The notes under the pieces: generated by a model | The model's input: the letters and a program-made list of their open reading frames with translations, nothing else | Databases searched by the model: none | What the model was told of the DNA's origin: nothing | Assembly: GCA_035193785.1 (NCBI GenBank) | Contig: CP136572.1 | Coordinates: 5,076,578 to 5,140,577 of the forward strand | Direction: 5' to 3' | Origin: Planktothrix sp. GU0601_MAG3 | GTDB lineage: Bacteria > Cyanobacteriota > Cyanobacteriia > Cyanobacteriales > Microcoleaceae | DNA length: 64,000 nucleotides | Position numbers and translations under genes: made by a program | Shown: positions 44,455 to 55,815 of the stretch, in pieces | Layout of the letters: every line of letters begins with the position of its first letter | How positions within the stretch are numbered: position 1 is the stretch's first letter

Positions 44455-45365
44455 TTTTTCTCCCGAGAAGCTTTAGATCGAGGACGGAATGGGCGAGACA
44501 CAAAAGCCCATCCTTGGGAACCCATGCGGTTTCCCCAGTGGGTAATGGAAATCGAAGCCACAGTTCCGTCATCATTAGATGTCCAAGAACGAGCTTCTAA
44601 TAGCTCTTTCAGTTTACTGCTAGTTAAGGGTCGGTTGAGGATTCCTTTTTCCGCCAGAGAAATTGAACCCGTTTCTTCCGACACCACAATACACATACAT
44701 TTTGCCACTCGTTCCGTAATTCCCATCGCCGCCCGATGACGAGTTCCCAATTGTCGGGACGCCATGCGTTCCGATAGAGGTAAAATCACCCCCGCCGCCG
44801 CAATTCGAGACGCCCGAATTAACACCGCCCCATCATGCAGCAGGGTTTTAGGTTGAAAAATAGTTTGTAAGAGTTCCCTGGAAACCTCGGCATTCAGTTT
44901 TACTCCGGGGACAGAAAAATCTCGTTCATCAATGGGACTTCCGGTTTCAATAATAATTAATGCCCCGGTACGATTTTGTGAGAGTTCTTTAACAGCTTCT
45001 ACAAGTTGATCAATTACCCCATCGGGTTCAGGAATAACACGGCGACCCTGACCAAACAATTGTGAAATTTCTCCGCGACCCAACTGTTCCAAAAATTCGC
45101 GGAATTCTGATTGTAGTATGACTGCCATCGCTACGGCAGAACCTGTAACTAAACTATTCAGGGCAATATACAATAATTTCAAACCTGCCCAGTTACTAAT
45201 GGCCGTTGCCAACATTAGAATAATAAACCCGCGCACCATCCAAAGGGTACGACGTTCTCCAATGATGACCAAAACCACATAAGCGACGGCAAAAACTAAT
45301 CCAATATCAAGACTTTGAATTAACCAGGGAGGAATTCCTTGCTGAGTCATGACTAGACGCCGCAT
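44451..45365 (-). CDS. cdaA: Diadenylate cyclase
   Basis: Three TMs, LHDGA, GTRHRAA, VSEETG. Confidence 0.93.
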   Translation of the reverse strand: MRRLVMTQQGIPPWLIQSLDIGLVFAVAYVVLVIIGERRTLWMVRGFIILMLATAISNWAGLKLLYIALNSLVTGSAVAMAVILQSEFREFLEQLGRGEISQLFGQGRRVIPEPDGVIDQLVEAVKELSQNRTGALIIIETGSPIDERDFSVPGVKLNAEVSRELLQTIFQPKTLLHDGAVLIRASRIAAAGVILPLSERMASRQLGTRHRAAMGITERVAKCMCIVVSEETGSISLAEKGILNRPLTSSKLKELLEARSWTSNDDGTVASISITHWGNRMGSQGWAFVSRPFRPRSKASREKK

Positions 45366-45537
45366 TCATCGAATTTTGATCAAATTAAGATAAGCCTGAG
45401 TCAACCCCCTAAAAAGGGGGAGAACCGGATTTCAAAGTCCCTCTCAAAAAGGGGGATTTCAGGGGATCAGATCTCGGCGGTCAGCATGAGTTTTTGGCAA
45501 TTGTTGACACCGATCCCGTAGTTTCACCCTGCAACCA

Positions 45538-46927
45538 TTAACTATTAACGGTTAAGCGTTCTGGAAGTCGATCTTTACTAATTAAATCTTGGTAAGATTC
45601 TCGTTCAATAATGACGTTAGCATCACCACTATTAACTAAAACTGCCGCTGGTTTAGACAGTCGATTATAGTTAGAGGCCATACTATAATTGTAGGCTCCC
45701 GTTGCCATAACCACGAGAATATCCCCGGATTCAACTTTAGGAAGTTGAGCGTCCTTAATTAAAATATCCCCAGATTCACAATGTTTTCCTGCAACCGTAA
45801 CGGTTTCGGTCATCGGTGCCGACATTTTGTTAGCTAAAACCACGCGGTACAGGGATTGATAGGTAATCGGACGGGGGTTATCGGACATCCCGCCATCTAC
45901 AGCAATATAAGTCCGAATTCCAGGAACTTGTTTTTGAGATCCTACAGTGTAAGCTGTAACGCAACTAGAGCCAATCAGAGATCGTCCCGGTTCACATAAT
46001 AATCGGGGTAGGGGATATTGTTTTTGTTCACAGGCTTTGATCACGGATTCAGTCACAATTTTTACCCAATCTTCAATACTTGGGGGATCATCTGACTCCG
46101 TATAACAAATGCCTAAACCCCCACCAATATTAACTTCTGAGATATTTAAACCATGTTGGTTGGCTTTAGTTAAAGTATCAATAATTACAGAACCCAAATC
46201 ATTATGGGGTTGCAATTCAAAAATTTGGGAGCCAATATGGGCATGGACTCCAACGCAGGATAAACCCGTTTGTTGACTAATAAATTCAAAGACCTCATCC
46301 AGTTGGCCAGGATCAAAACCAAATTTACTATCTAAATGTCCAGTACGGATGTATTCGTGGGTATGACATTCAATTCCCGGGGTAAACCGAATCATCATCC
46401 GAATTGGATGATCAACGATGGACTCGTTACTCAGTTGGGCGAGGGTATGTAAATCTAGCCAATTATCCGCAACAACGGTACATCCGCTTTCAATCGCTAA
46501 TTTAATTTCTTCCGAGGATTTATTGTTACCATGGAGGTAGGTTTTTTCCGGTGGAAACTCCGGCTTGCAGGGCGGTATAAAGTTCTCCCCCGGATACCAC
46601 GTCAATACCTAATCCTTCGGAGGCCACAATAGCACAAACTGCCAAACAATTCCAGGCTTTGGAGGCGTACAGGACGAGGGACTCACCGGGATAATGACGT
46701 TTGAAGGCGTCCCGGTATTGTTGACAAGCGGTTCGCAGGGTGGTTTCATCAACAATATAGAGGGGTGTGCCAAATTGTTGGACTAGGGCGGTAACGTCAC
46801 AGCCGCCAATTTCTAGGTGATCTTGCGGATTGACTTTTGCTGTCAAAGGAAATAATTGTTGATTAGGCGATCGGGTTTCTAAGGCATCCGTTGATGCCGA
46901 TAGGTATTGCAGTCCAGAATTTTGCAC
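45538..46927 (-). CDS. lysA: Diaminopimelate decarboxylase; apparent frameshift at ~46555
   Basis: YASKA, HGNNKS, HAHIGSQ, EPGRS, HCESGD, GAYNYSMASNYN. Confidence 0.96.
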
Positions 46928-47248
46928 GAGAAATACTATATTAACACTTCTATTGATCAGATTTTAGCGTAAAGTTGCACGGGTGTCTGGTGTTGACCAT
47001 CGGATATTGGCTGATTTGCAAAGATGATAGGCGTTTATGTTGAGTTTTTTTACTGGGGTTTAAGATAGATTAGGATATTTTGCACTTTTGATCTCTATTT
47101 TACCTGTTACTTTCTTGAAAGTGGTTGAGTGAAAATTCATCTCTGATCTTTTATTTTTACTCAGAAATTTTATTTCATTAATTTAACTTCAGAAGTTATT
47201 CCCTGGCTTATAATAGAATAGAAGGTTAGTTAGAAAATGTTAGTTTAA

Positions 47249-47845
47249 ATGGGAAAACAATATTTAGAACTCAAACCGTTAACAGAAAATCAACTTTCGG
47301 CTGTGGTGGAACTAGATCAACGGTGTTTAGGTGGATTATGGACGAAAGACGGATATCAACGGGAAATAGAGAGTCCCAATAGTGATTTAATCATCTGGAA
47401 ACGGGAAGAAAAAACCGGGGATCAAGAACCTAAAAAAGAAGAATTTCAACTCCCCCAAATAGAATTAACTGATGTGGAAACTTTGAGTGATCAACTAATC
47501 GGTATTGGCTGTTTATGGGCAATCTTAGAAGAAGCCCATATTACTATTTTAGCGATTGATCCAGAATATCAAGGAAAAGGGTTAGGTCAGGCGTTATTAT
47601 TTCAATTATTAGTATCGGCTTGGAAACGTAAACTAGAACGGGCTACCCTAGAGGTGAAAGTTTCTAATCAACCTGCGATTAATTTATATAGGAAATTTGG
47701 CTTTAAAGAAGCAGGACGTCGTAAAGGATATTATCAAGATACCGGGGAAGATGCCTTAATTCTGTGGCGCGGGGATCTGCATCATCCCCATTTTCCCGAT
47801 ACCCTCCATCACTGGTATCAGGAGATTTGCTTAAAATTGAATTAA
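47249..47845 (+). CDS. rimI: Ribosomal protein alanine N-acetyltransferase (GNAT)
   Basis: EEAHITILA, QGKGLG, ATLEV, RKGYYQDTGEDAL. Confidence 0.88.
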   Translation: MGKQYLELKPLTENQLSAVVELDQRCLGGLWTKDGYQREIESPNSDLIIWKREEKTGDQEPKKEEFQLPQIELTDVETLSDQLIGIGCLWAILEEAHITILAIDPEYQGKGLGQALLFQLLVSAWKRKLERATLEVKVSNQPAINLYRKFGFKEAGRRKGYYQDTGEDALILWRGDLHHPHFPDTLHHWYQEICLKLN

Positions 47846-47846
47846 T

Positions 47847-48521
47847 TTAATGTTGAGATTTAACCTCTATTTTCTGATATTGATAGGGACGATTTTCAGC
47901 CCCCCAAACCCTTTTACCTTGAGCATCAAAGCCCCGATCTTGAGTTTCCATGCCATTTTGATCTAACTTAATTGTATTCGTAATTTTAACCGCCCCTTTA
48001 AAATTAGTAACACAGCCTCCGGGTTGAGTTTCACCAATATATTGATCTCCCACAGGTTTCAAAAATACACTACAATTTGCATTCTCTATTTCTTGATAAC
48101 TGATCACCCGTTCTGATAGAGTTTTTTTACACAAACCTATCCACTTTTTCGGATTAATTGGTTTAAAACTGACAGACTCAATCCCATTTTTATCAATACT
48201 GGGAATAATTTCCAAAAATCTCTGACGATAGGGCTTTGATAAATTGCGAGTTAAAGCTTGTTCTTGATAGAGAAAAACACCTTGAGAACGTTTAGCAGAA
48301 GGGTCTGTCTGGTTCAACTTTACCTCACAAGTCGTCATCCGAACACTGGGCGCACCAGGAATTGCCTTCGCCTGGGCTGAAGTCTCCATGATACCCGTCA
48401 AATAGGATGTTACCTGCTGAACATGACCCGCCATCGGATCGGGTTGAGTCCCACATCCACTTAAAATAACAAAAACCCCTAAAATAGAAACAGGAGATAG
48501 TTTGATCATTAGAATATCCAA
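47847..48521 (-). CDS. CpcT/CpeT family chromophore lyase-like protein
   Basis: LYQEQAL, PYRQRFL, DRGFD..G..VWG; N-terminal lipobox-like LSGC. Confidence 0.82.
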   Translation of the reverse strand: MDILMIKLSPVSILGVFVILSGCGTQPDPMAGHVQQVTSYLTGIMETSAQAKAIPGAPSVRMTTCEVKLNQTDPSAKRSQGVFLYQEQALTRNLSKPYRQRFLEIIPSIDKNGIESVSFKPINPKKWIGLCKKTLSERVISYQEIENANCSVFLKPVGDQYIGETQPGGCVTNFKGAVKITNTIKLDQNGMETQDRGFDAQGKRVWGAENRPYQYQKIEVKSQH

Positions 48522-48581
48522 AAGGTCGTAAGCCCTTGGGGGCCTGCCAACATTGTATTAACATAACCTGTAAATATTATT

Positions 48582-49541
48582 ATGCCAACCTACACCGGAA
48601 TTTCTAGCGAAGCCTTTCGTCATCCCCTAGATAAAGAAGCAGAAGTTGCTTTAAGAAGTGTTCCAGGCTTTGATTTAATCGCCAGTAAATTTGTCGAATT
48701 TATCTATGAACGTCCTCAATATGTTTACTTAATGGGAAATGCTGTGCAAGTAGGGCCCAGACAATATGCGAGTATTTATCATATTTTTCGGGAATGTGTC
48801 AGGGATTTAGATATCTTTCCCGAACCGGGTTTATTTGTCTCTCAAAATCCCCAAGTTAATAGTTATGCTTTGGGACAGGAACACCCCTATATTATTTTGA
48901 ATACGGGTCTTTTAGACTTAGTAGATGAAGCCGAACTAAGGGTGGTTTTGGCCCATGAATTAGGACATATAAAATGTGGTCATCCGATTTTAAATCAGAT
49001 GTCAATTTGGGCGATGGGTGTGGCTTCAATGATTGGGGAATTAACTTTTGGGTTGGGAAATTTAGTCAATAGTGGCTTAATTTATGCCTTTTATGAATGG
49101 CGAAGAAAAGCCGAATTATCGGCAGACCGGGCGGCATTATTGGTGACGGATGATCTCAAATGTGTGATGAAATCCATGATGCAATTAGCGGGAGTTAGTA
49201 CAAAATATGCCCATGAATGTAGTTTAGATGAATTCATTCGTCAATCCGAACAATATCGAGATTTAGATCAAGATGGTTTGAATCAAGTGTATAAGTTTTT
49301 ATTTTATAATGGCGGTCAAGGCATGATGTCCAGTCATCCCTTTCCCGTGGAACGAATTCAATATTTAAAAGAGTGGAACGATTCAGTAGAATATGCTAAA
49401 ATCCGTTCCGGCCACTATCCACAAGCCACCGCAGAAGGTTCGGTTAATGTCAAAGCCGAAAAATCCCAAGATGAAGTCGAAGATTTACGCCGACAAATTG
49501 AGGAGTTACAGAATCAAATTAATCGAATTAAGTTTAAATAA
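48582..49541 (+). CDS. M48 family zinc metallopeptidase
   Basis: [21 protein letters not shown]. Confidence 0.92.
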   Translation: MPTYTGISSEAFRHPLDKEAEVALRSVPGFDLIASKFVEFIYERPQYVYLMGNAVQVGPRQYASIYHIFRECVRDLDIFPEPGLFVSQNPQVNSYALGQEHPYIILNTGLLDLVDEAELRVVLAHELGHIKCGHPILNQMSIWAMGVASMIGELTFGLGNLVNSGLIYAFYEWRRKAELSADRAALLVTDDLKCVMKSMMQLAGVSTKYAHECSLDEFIRQSEQYRDLDQDGLNQVYKFLFYNGGQGMMSSHPFPVERIQYLKEWNDSVEYAKIRSGHYPQATAEGSVNVKAEKSQDEVEDLRRQIEELQNQINRIKFK

Positions 49542-50181
49542 TTTTGTTTTCCGTTAAACTCCTCAATAATTCCACCGCTACCCGTCGATAATCCGAAGCG
49601 GCTTCCCGGGAATTATGACTTTTTGCTTGAATAATTGGTACCCCTTCCAAGGGACAACGTTCATGGGCTTTATAGGCGCGAATAATGTTTTTAAATACCG
49701 GAATCCCCGCTTCTTGTAGGGATTTTTGGGCATCAAAAGCATCTCCTAAACTGCGGGGGTCAACTTTAGTCATTAAGACCCGATGGGGAACTTTTGAAGG
49801 GGTAATCGCCGATCTCACGGTTTCAATTAAAGCAACTAAATCCATGGGTGCGGCTTGGGTCGGTAATACCAAATAATCGGCCACCTGCACCACAGCTAAT
49901 AACGCATCGGATTTTAACGCCGGAGGCGTATCCACCACTACCAATTCATAGTCCTGCACCTGCTTCAATCGAGACAGCAAACTCGGGTCAGTCTCCGAGG
50001 AATGCTCAAAGGGCATTTCTCCCCCGTGGCCCTGTTCCGCCCACCAACAAGCCGAACCCTGGGGGTCTGTATCGACTAACAGGGTGCTGAAGTTGTGGGC
50101 GAGAATAGCAGCCAGGTTAATGGCGGTTGTGGTTTTGCCCACTCCCCCTTTTCCATTGGCGATCGCGAGAATTTTGGCCAT
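49534..50181 (-). CDS. ParA family ATPase (short form, no parB nearby)
   Basis: [20 protein letters not shown]. Confidence 0.9.
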   Translation of the reverse strand: MAKILAIANGKGGVGKTTTAINLAAILAHNFSTLLVDTDPQGSACWWAEQGHGGEMPFEHSSETDPSLLSRLKQVQDYELVVVDTPPALKSDALLAVVQVADYLVLPTQAAPMDLVALIETVRSAITPSKVPHRVLMTKVDPRSLGDAFDAQKSLQEAGIPVFKNIIRAYKAHERCPLEGVPIIQAKSHNSREAASDYRRVAVELLRSLTENKII

Positions 50182-50320
50182 AGTTTATAGATCCGGTGGC
50201 AAGCACATTTCAGTGTAACGGATCAAGAGACAGCCTTGACCGTTAATTATTAACTGAAAAAGAGTTAATCTAAACCCGTTATCCTTTAAGCTAAAAATCA
50301 ATATAGCGGAATGTAAGACT

Positions 50321-51908
50321 ATGGATGCCACTAAACTCTGGCAACGCTACCAAGATTGGCTATACTACCATGACAGCTTAGGACTGTACCTGGATGTTAG
50401 TCGGATGCGATTTGATGATGATTTTGTTGCATCCTTATTGCCCAAGTTTGATCAGGCTTTCAAAGCCATGGACGCTTTGGAACAAGGGGCGATCGCCAAC
50501 CCCGATGAAAACCGAATGGTCGGCCATTATTGGTTGCGCGACCCCGATCTCGCCCCCACCAAGGAGCTCAAGCAAGAAATCGTTGAAACCCTAGAAAAAA
50601 TAGAAACTTTTACAGCCAAGATTCATCAAGGGGAGATTAAACCGCCGAATGCGGCCAAATTCACTGATATTTTATCCATTGGCATTGGCGGATCGGCTTT
50701 GGGGCCTGAATTTGTGGCGGAGGCCCTAGCCCCTGATCATCCAGCCCTGAATATCCATTTTATCAATAACAGTGATCCCAGAGGCATCGATCGGGTTTTG
50801 GCTCAACTTGGCGATCGCCTCAAAAGTACCCTAGTGCTTGTCATTTCTAAATCCGGTGGCACTCCAGAACCGCGTAACGGCATGATTGAGGTAAAAAATG
50901 CCTTTTCTGCCCAAAACTTAAACTTTGCCCAACAAGCCGTGGCTGTTACGGGTGTCGGTAGCCTACTCGATCAACAAGCCCATGCCGAAGGCTGGTTAAC
51001 CACCTTTCCTATGGCTGATTGGGTGGGGGGCCGAACTTCTGAATTATCGGCCGTTGGGTTATTGCCTGCGGCCTTACAGGGGATTGATATTCGGGGGATG
51101 TTGGCCGGGGCGAAAGCCATGGATATCGCCACCCGCACACCGGAGGTAAAAACCAATCCGGCGGCGTTATTGGCCTTGGCTTGGTATTATGCCGGAAATG
51201 GTAAGGGCGAAAAAGATATGGTAGTTTTGCCCTATAAAGATAGTTTGCTGTTGTTTAGTCGTTATTTACAACAGTTAGTTATGGAATCTTTAGGTAAAGA
51301 AAAAGACCTCGATGGCAATATTGTCTATCAGGGAATTGCTGTTTACGGAAATAAAGGATCAACGGATCAACACGCCTATATTCAACAATTACGCGACGGA
51401 GTTCCTAACTTTTTTGCCACCTTTATTGAAGTGTTGAAAGATCGATCTTCCCCTTCGATTGAAATTGAACCTGGAGTCACATCCGGGGATTATTTATCGG
51501 GATTTTTACTCGGAACTCGGCAAGCATTGTATGAAAATCAGCGAGATTCGATTACTATTACAGTTCCCGAAGTTAATCCCCAAATTGTCGGCGCGTTAAT
51601 TGCTTTGTATGATCGGGCGGTGGGTTTATATGCGTCTTTAGTGAATATTAACGCTTACCATCAACCGGGTGTTGAAGCCGGGAAAAAAGCAGCCGCAGAA
51701 GTTCTGGACTTACAACATAAAATTATTCAGGTTTCTGCAAAACTCAGGTCAACCCCTATCTTTGGAAACCCTGGCTCAACAGGCGGGAGTCCCCGATCAA
51801 ATTGAAGCCCTTTATAAAATCCTGCGACATTTAGCAACAAATAAACGCGGGGTATTATTAACAGGAAATCCAGGAAAACCAGCATCCTTAATGGCAAGTT
51901 ATCAATAA
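50321..51908 (+). CDS. pgi: Glucose-6-phosphate isomerase; apparent frameshift at ~51732
   Basis: [41 protein letters not shown]. Confidence 0.96.
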
Positions 51909-52011
51909 TTGAGTGTTGACAGTCAACTATAGCAATCCTATTTGAGTTGTGTTCAAAATTCCTGAACAAAAGGGAACAGGCTGCGTCGTGAGCCGTGAGC
52001 CTGTCGAACGA

Positions 52012-52061
52012 GAACAGGGAACAGGGAATAGGGAATAGGGAATAGGGAATAGGGAATAGGG
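52012..52061. repeat. (GGGAATA/GGGAACA)n heptamer array
   Basis: Directly visible. Confidence 0.9.
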
Positions 52062-52173
52062 GTAATACTTCTGACTGTTTCATATCAGTATTGAAATGTT
52101 ACAACCTATTTAGGATTGCTATATTAAGGTGTTATTTACTAACAGCTAATTGTTAACTGTCAGCCACCCAGAA

Positions 52174-52341
52174 TCTCCCCCTACCTCCCCCTACCTCCCC
52201 CTGCTCCCCCTGCTCCCCCACTCCCCCTACCTCCCCCACTCCCCCTGCTCCCCCTGCTCCCCCTGCTCCCCCTGCTCCCCCCACTCCCCCTGCTCCCCCT
52301 GCTCCCTCTGCCCCCCTACTCCCTATGCCTCCCTACTCCCT
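52174..52341. repeat. C-rich (CTCCCCCTG)n array upstream of the response regulator
   Basis: Directly visible; explains the spurious Pro/Ser/Cys N-terminal extension in the ORF track. Confidence 0.9.
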
Positions 52342-53010
52342 ATGCCTCTAACAATTCTAGTTGTTGATGATGATTTAGGGACTCGCCTCTCGATTAGTGA
52401 TTACTTGGACATTTCAGGCTATTCGGTAATTGCCGCGGAGAATGGTCGGGAGGCGCTGCGCCTGGTGGAGCAATATCAGCCCCACCTGATCGTGACAGAT
52501 ATTGGTATGCCGGAGATGGATGGCTATGAACTGATCAAGCAAGTCCGCGCTCGTCCTGTTTTTCGCCTGCTGCCGGTGATTTTTTTAACCGCCCATACCA
52601 GTACCAAAGAGCGAATTCGGGGGTATCAACTCGGATGTGATAATTATTTGCCCAAACCCTTTGAGTTAGAGGAGTTGGGGGTCGTGATTCGGGCTTTATT
52701 AGAGCGATCGCAATTAATTGAGTCGGAATGGCGAGTCCGTCTATCCGATCCGGTTACCGATGCCCCCGATGGGAATTTAGACCCTGTAGCGACGAAATTA
52801 CAACCCACTTTGGAGATTGGTCTAACCCAACGAGAGCATCAAGTCCTAGAGTTGTTAGCTGAGGGACTCTCTAATATTGCCATTGGCGATCACTTACACC
52901 TGAGTCCGAGAACCGTTGAGAAATATGTCAGTAGTTTATTGAGAAAAACGGACAGCAATAATCGCACAGAGTTGATCCGGTTTGCCCTAAAAAATAATTT
53001 GATTTCTTGA
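52342..53010 (+). CDS. NarL/LuxR-family response regulator (Ycf29-like)
   Basis: VVDDD, TDIGMP, KPF, LTQRE..VL.LLAEGLSN, SPRTVEKYVS. Confidence 0.9.
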   Translation: MPLTILVVDDDLGTRLSISDYLDISGYSVIAAENGREALRLVEQYQPHLIVTDIGMPEMDGYELIKQVRARPVFRLLPVIFLTAHTSTKERIRGYQLGCDNYLPKPFELEELGVVIRALLERSQLIESEWRVRLSDPVTDAPDGNLDPVATKLQPTLEIGLTQREHQVLELLAEGLSNIAIGDHLHLSPRTVEKYVSSLLRKTDSNNRTELIRFALKNNLIS

Positions 53011-53167
53011 TTCACGGGAAATGGGAAATGGCCAATAATTTATTACAAAATATTAAGCTGTATTGCAAAGCGTCACAACTGAAGGGGGAAAAATGGTTTC
53101 CAGGTGGGTGTCTGTGATACCATCACTCAAGAATAAAAAGATCAAGATAGATATTGGGGGAAGACCT

Positions 53168-54392
53168 TTGACACTACGGGTTGCTGTTGTTGGTTCTGGC
53201 CCTGCGGGTGCTTCCGCGGCCGAGACGCTAGTTAAAGCAGGCATTGAAACCTACCTGTTTGAACGCAAGCTGGATAACGCCAAACCCTGTGGTGGGGCGA
53301 TCCCGCTTTGTATGGTAAGTGAGTTCGACCTACCGGCTCACGTTATTGATCGGCGGGTGAGAAAAATGAAAATGATCTCTCCCTCAAACCGTGAGGTCGA
53401 TATTTTCATTGAAAAAGAAGAGGAATATATTGGGATGTGCCGTCGGGAAATTCTCGATGGGTTTATGCGCGATCGCGCCGTCTCTTTAGGAGCGATTTTA
53501 ATAAATGGTACTGTTCATCAGTTAAAAATTCCTCAAACCAATTCCGCGCCCTATGTGCTCCATTACCATGATCACAGCACGGCTGAGGATGGCGTAGGTA
53601 CACCGAAAACCCTAGAGGTGGATGTGGTCATTGGGGCTGATGGGGCTAACTCCCGCATTGCTAAAGCCATTGATGCCGGGGATTATAATTATGCGATCGC
53701 TTTCCAAGAACGCATCCGCATTCCCGAAGATAAAATGGCCTATTATGAAGATCGGGCGGAAATGTATGTGGGTAACGATGTTTCCCCCGACTTCTACGCT
53801 TGGGTATTCCCCAAATACGACCATGTGGCCGTGGGAACCGGGACAATGAAACCCAACCAAGCCATGATCAAGCAATTGCAAGCGGGAATTCGCGCCCGGG
53901 CTGCCCACCGGATCGAAGGCGGTAAAATTATCAAGGTGGAAGCTCACCCCATCCCTGAACATCCCCGTCCCCGTCGGGTAGTGGGACGAGTGGCTTTGGT
54001 GGGAGATGCCGCCGGGACAGTTACCAAGTCCTCTGGAGAAGGGATCTACTTCGCCGCTAAGTCGGGCCGGATGTGCGCCGAAACTATTGTGGAAACGCAG
54101 CAATAGCGGTCAACGCATTCCCACAGAGGCGGATCTGAAGGACTATATCAAACTCTGGGATAAGAAATATGGCATTACTTATCTGGTGTTAGATATTCTG
54201 CAACGGGTATTCTATCGGACGGACGCCACCCGGGAAGCCTTTGTAGAAATGTGTTCGGATCGGGATGTGCAGAAGTTAACTTTTGATAGCTATTTGTACA
54301 AAACCGTTGTTCCAGCAAACCCTTTAATTCAGATGAAAATTACTGCCAAAACCCTGGCAAGTTTGTTACGCGGCAATGCGTTAGCACCTTAA
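53168..54392 (+). CDS. chlP: Geranylgeranyl reductase; apparent frameshift at ~54093
   Basis: LRVAVVGSGPAG, KPCGGAIP, GADGANS, SSGEGIYFAA. Confidence 0.96.
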
Positions 54393-54402
54393 TCAGTTAT
54401 CA

Positions 54403-54454
54403 GTGCCATGGCGCGTCTGTACCAGCGTAGAGACGTGCCATGGCGCGTCTCTAC
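54403..54454. repeat. GTAG-type REP-like palindrome (one full and one partial copy)
   Basis: GTAGAGACGTGCCATGGCGCGTCTCTAC at 54427-54454. Confidence 0.75.
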
Positions 54455-54484
54455 TGATAATTGATTATAAGGAGAAATTTAAGT

Positions 54485-55355
54485 ATGAGTTCAACAAACC
54501 CGTCTGAAACCCAACTGAATGCGACGGATATTCTACAATTAGTACAACAGGAAAAAACAGCTACCTTGAGTCATTTAGTCTCGAGTGTTGTTCATGAAAT
54601 TAATAATCCCTTGGGGTGTATTGCCGGAAATATTACTTATATTAAAGATTATGTTAAAGATTTGTTGAATTTAATTGAATTATATCAGGAACGTTATCCT
54701 GAGCCGGGGGATGAGATTAACGATGAAATTGATTCTATTGATTTAGAGTATTTAATCGAAGATGTGCCGAAATTGTTAGCTGCGATGGAAAATGGGGCAG
54801 AACGGTTACATCAAATTAGTAATTCTTTACGGACGTTTGGGCGGTTTGAAGGCGATCGTCAAGTCTTATTTAATATTCATGATGGCATTGATAGTGTGTT
54901 ATTAATGTTAAAAAGTCGCTTCAAAGGCACTAAAATCAGGTCTCCGATTGAAGTTGTTAAAAATTATGGGAATATTCCTGAAATTAATTGTTACCCGGGA
55001 CATTTTAATCAAGCTTTATCCTATTTAATTAATCATGGGATTAACTCCCTAGATAAAAAAGCAGAAGCTCACCCTAGCGATCCTGAATTTAAACCCACAA
55101 TTACCATTAAAACCGACTTAAACCAAGATTCTATGGTTTTATCAATTCAAGATAATAGTTTGGGAATATCTGAGGATGTTCAAAATGCAATTTTTGAGGA
55201 TTTATTAATTACAAAACCTGTATTACAAGGAAGTGGAATTGGTTTATCGGTGAGTCGTCAGATTATTGAAGATCGGCATCAAGGCAAAATTATCTGTCGG
55301 TCATCGGTGGGAAACTGGAACAGAATTTATCATTGAACTTCCTCTGTCTCCATGA
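54485..55355 (+). CDS. Histidine kinase core (HisKA + HATPase_c) without a sensor domain; apparent frameshift at ~55312
   Basis: VHEINNPL, GSGIGLSVS; the repaired tail reads GTGTEFIIELPLSP*. Confidence 0.85.
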
Positions 55356-55391
55356 GTTAATAATAGATTGACAAAATTTTAGGACTTGAAA

Positions 55392-55688
55392 ATGACTCAA
55401 AACCTGCGTGTTGTTGCTCGTGTTGTGGCGTTACCGAATCAGGTAGAAGCGTTAAAATCGGTATTAATAGGGTTAGTTGAACCGACTCGCCAGGAAGCAG
55501 GTTGTTTACAATATGATTTATTACAAAATCAAGCAGATCCAACGGATTTTACCTTTGTAGAAACATGGGAAAGTTTAGAGCATTTACAAACCCATTTAGC
55601 AAGTGTTCACCTTCAAGCTGCTGCAATTGCAATTAAGGATTTAGTCGCTAGTCCGGCGGATATTCGGTGTTATGATCGGATTTTATAG
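55392..55688 (+). CDS. Putative quinol monooxygenase (ABM family)
   Basis: TRQEAGCLQYDL, FVETWES...HL.S.H. Confidence 0.88.
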   Translation: MTQNLRVVARVVALPNQVEALKSVLIGLVEPTRQEAGCLQYDLLQNQADPTDFTFVETWESLEHLQTHLASVHLQAAAIAIKDLVASPADIRCYDRIL

Positions 55689-55815
55689 GGTTTAATTGTT
55701 GAGATTAAAAATAGGATTTAAGTCTAAAATAAAACCCTTTAAAATATTTTCTTTCTGATAATTGAGAAGGGTTTTATAGGATTTATACAGTTTTTTTAAT
55801 CCGTTCTTAAGATTA

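Noticed and set aside
43704..46927. lysA-cdaA-uppS cluster as a novel c-di-AMP system
   Set aside because: This is a known conserved cyanobacterial gene arrangement.
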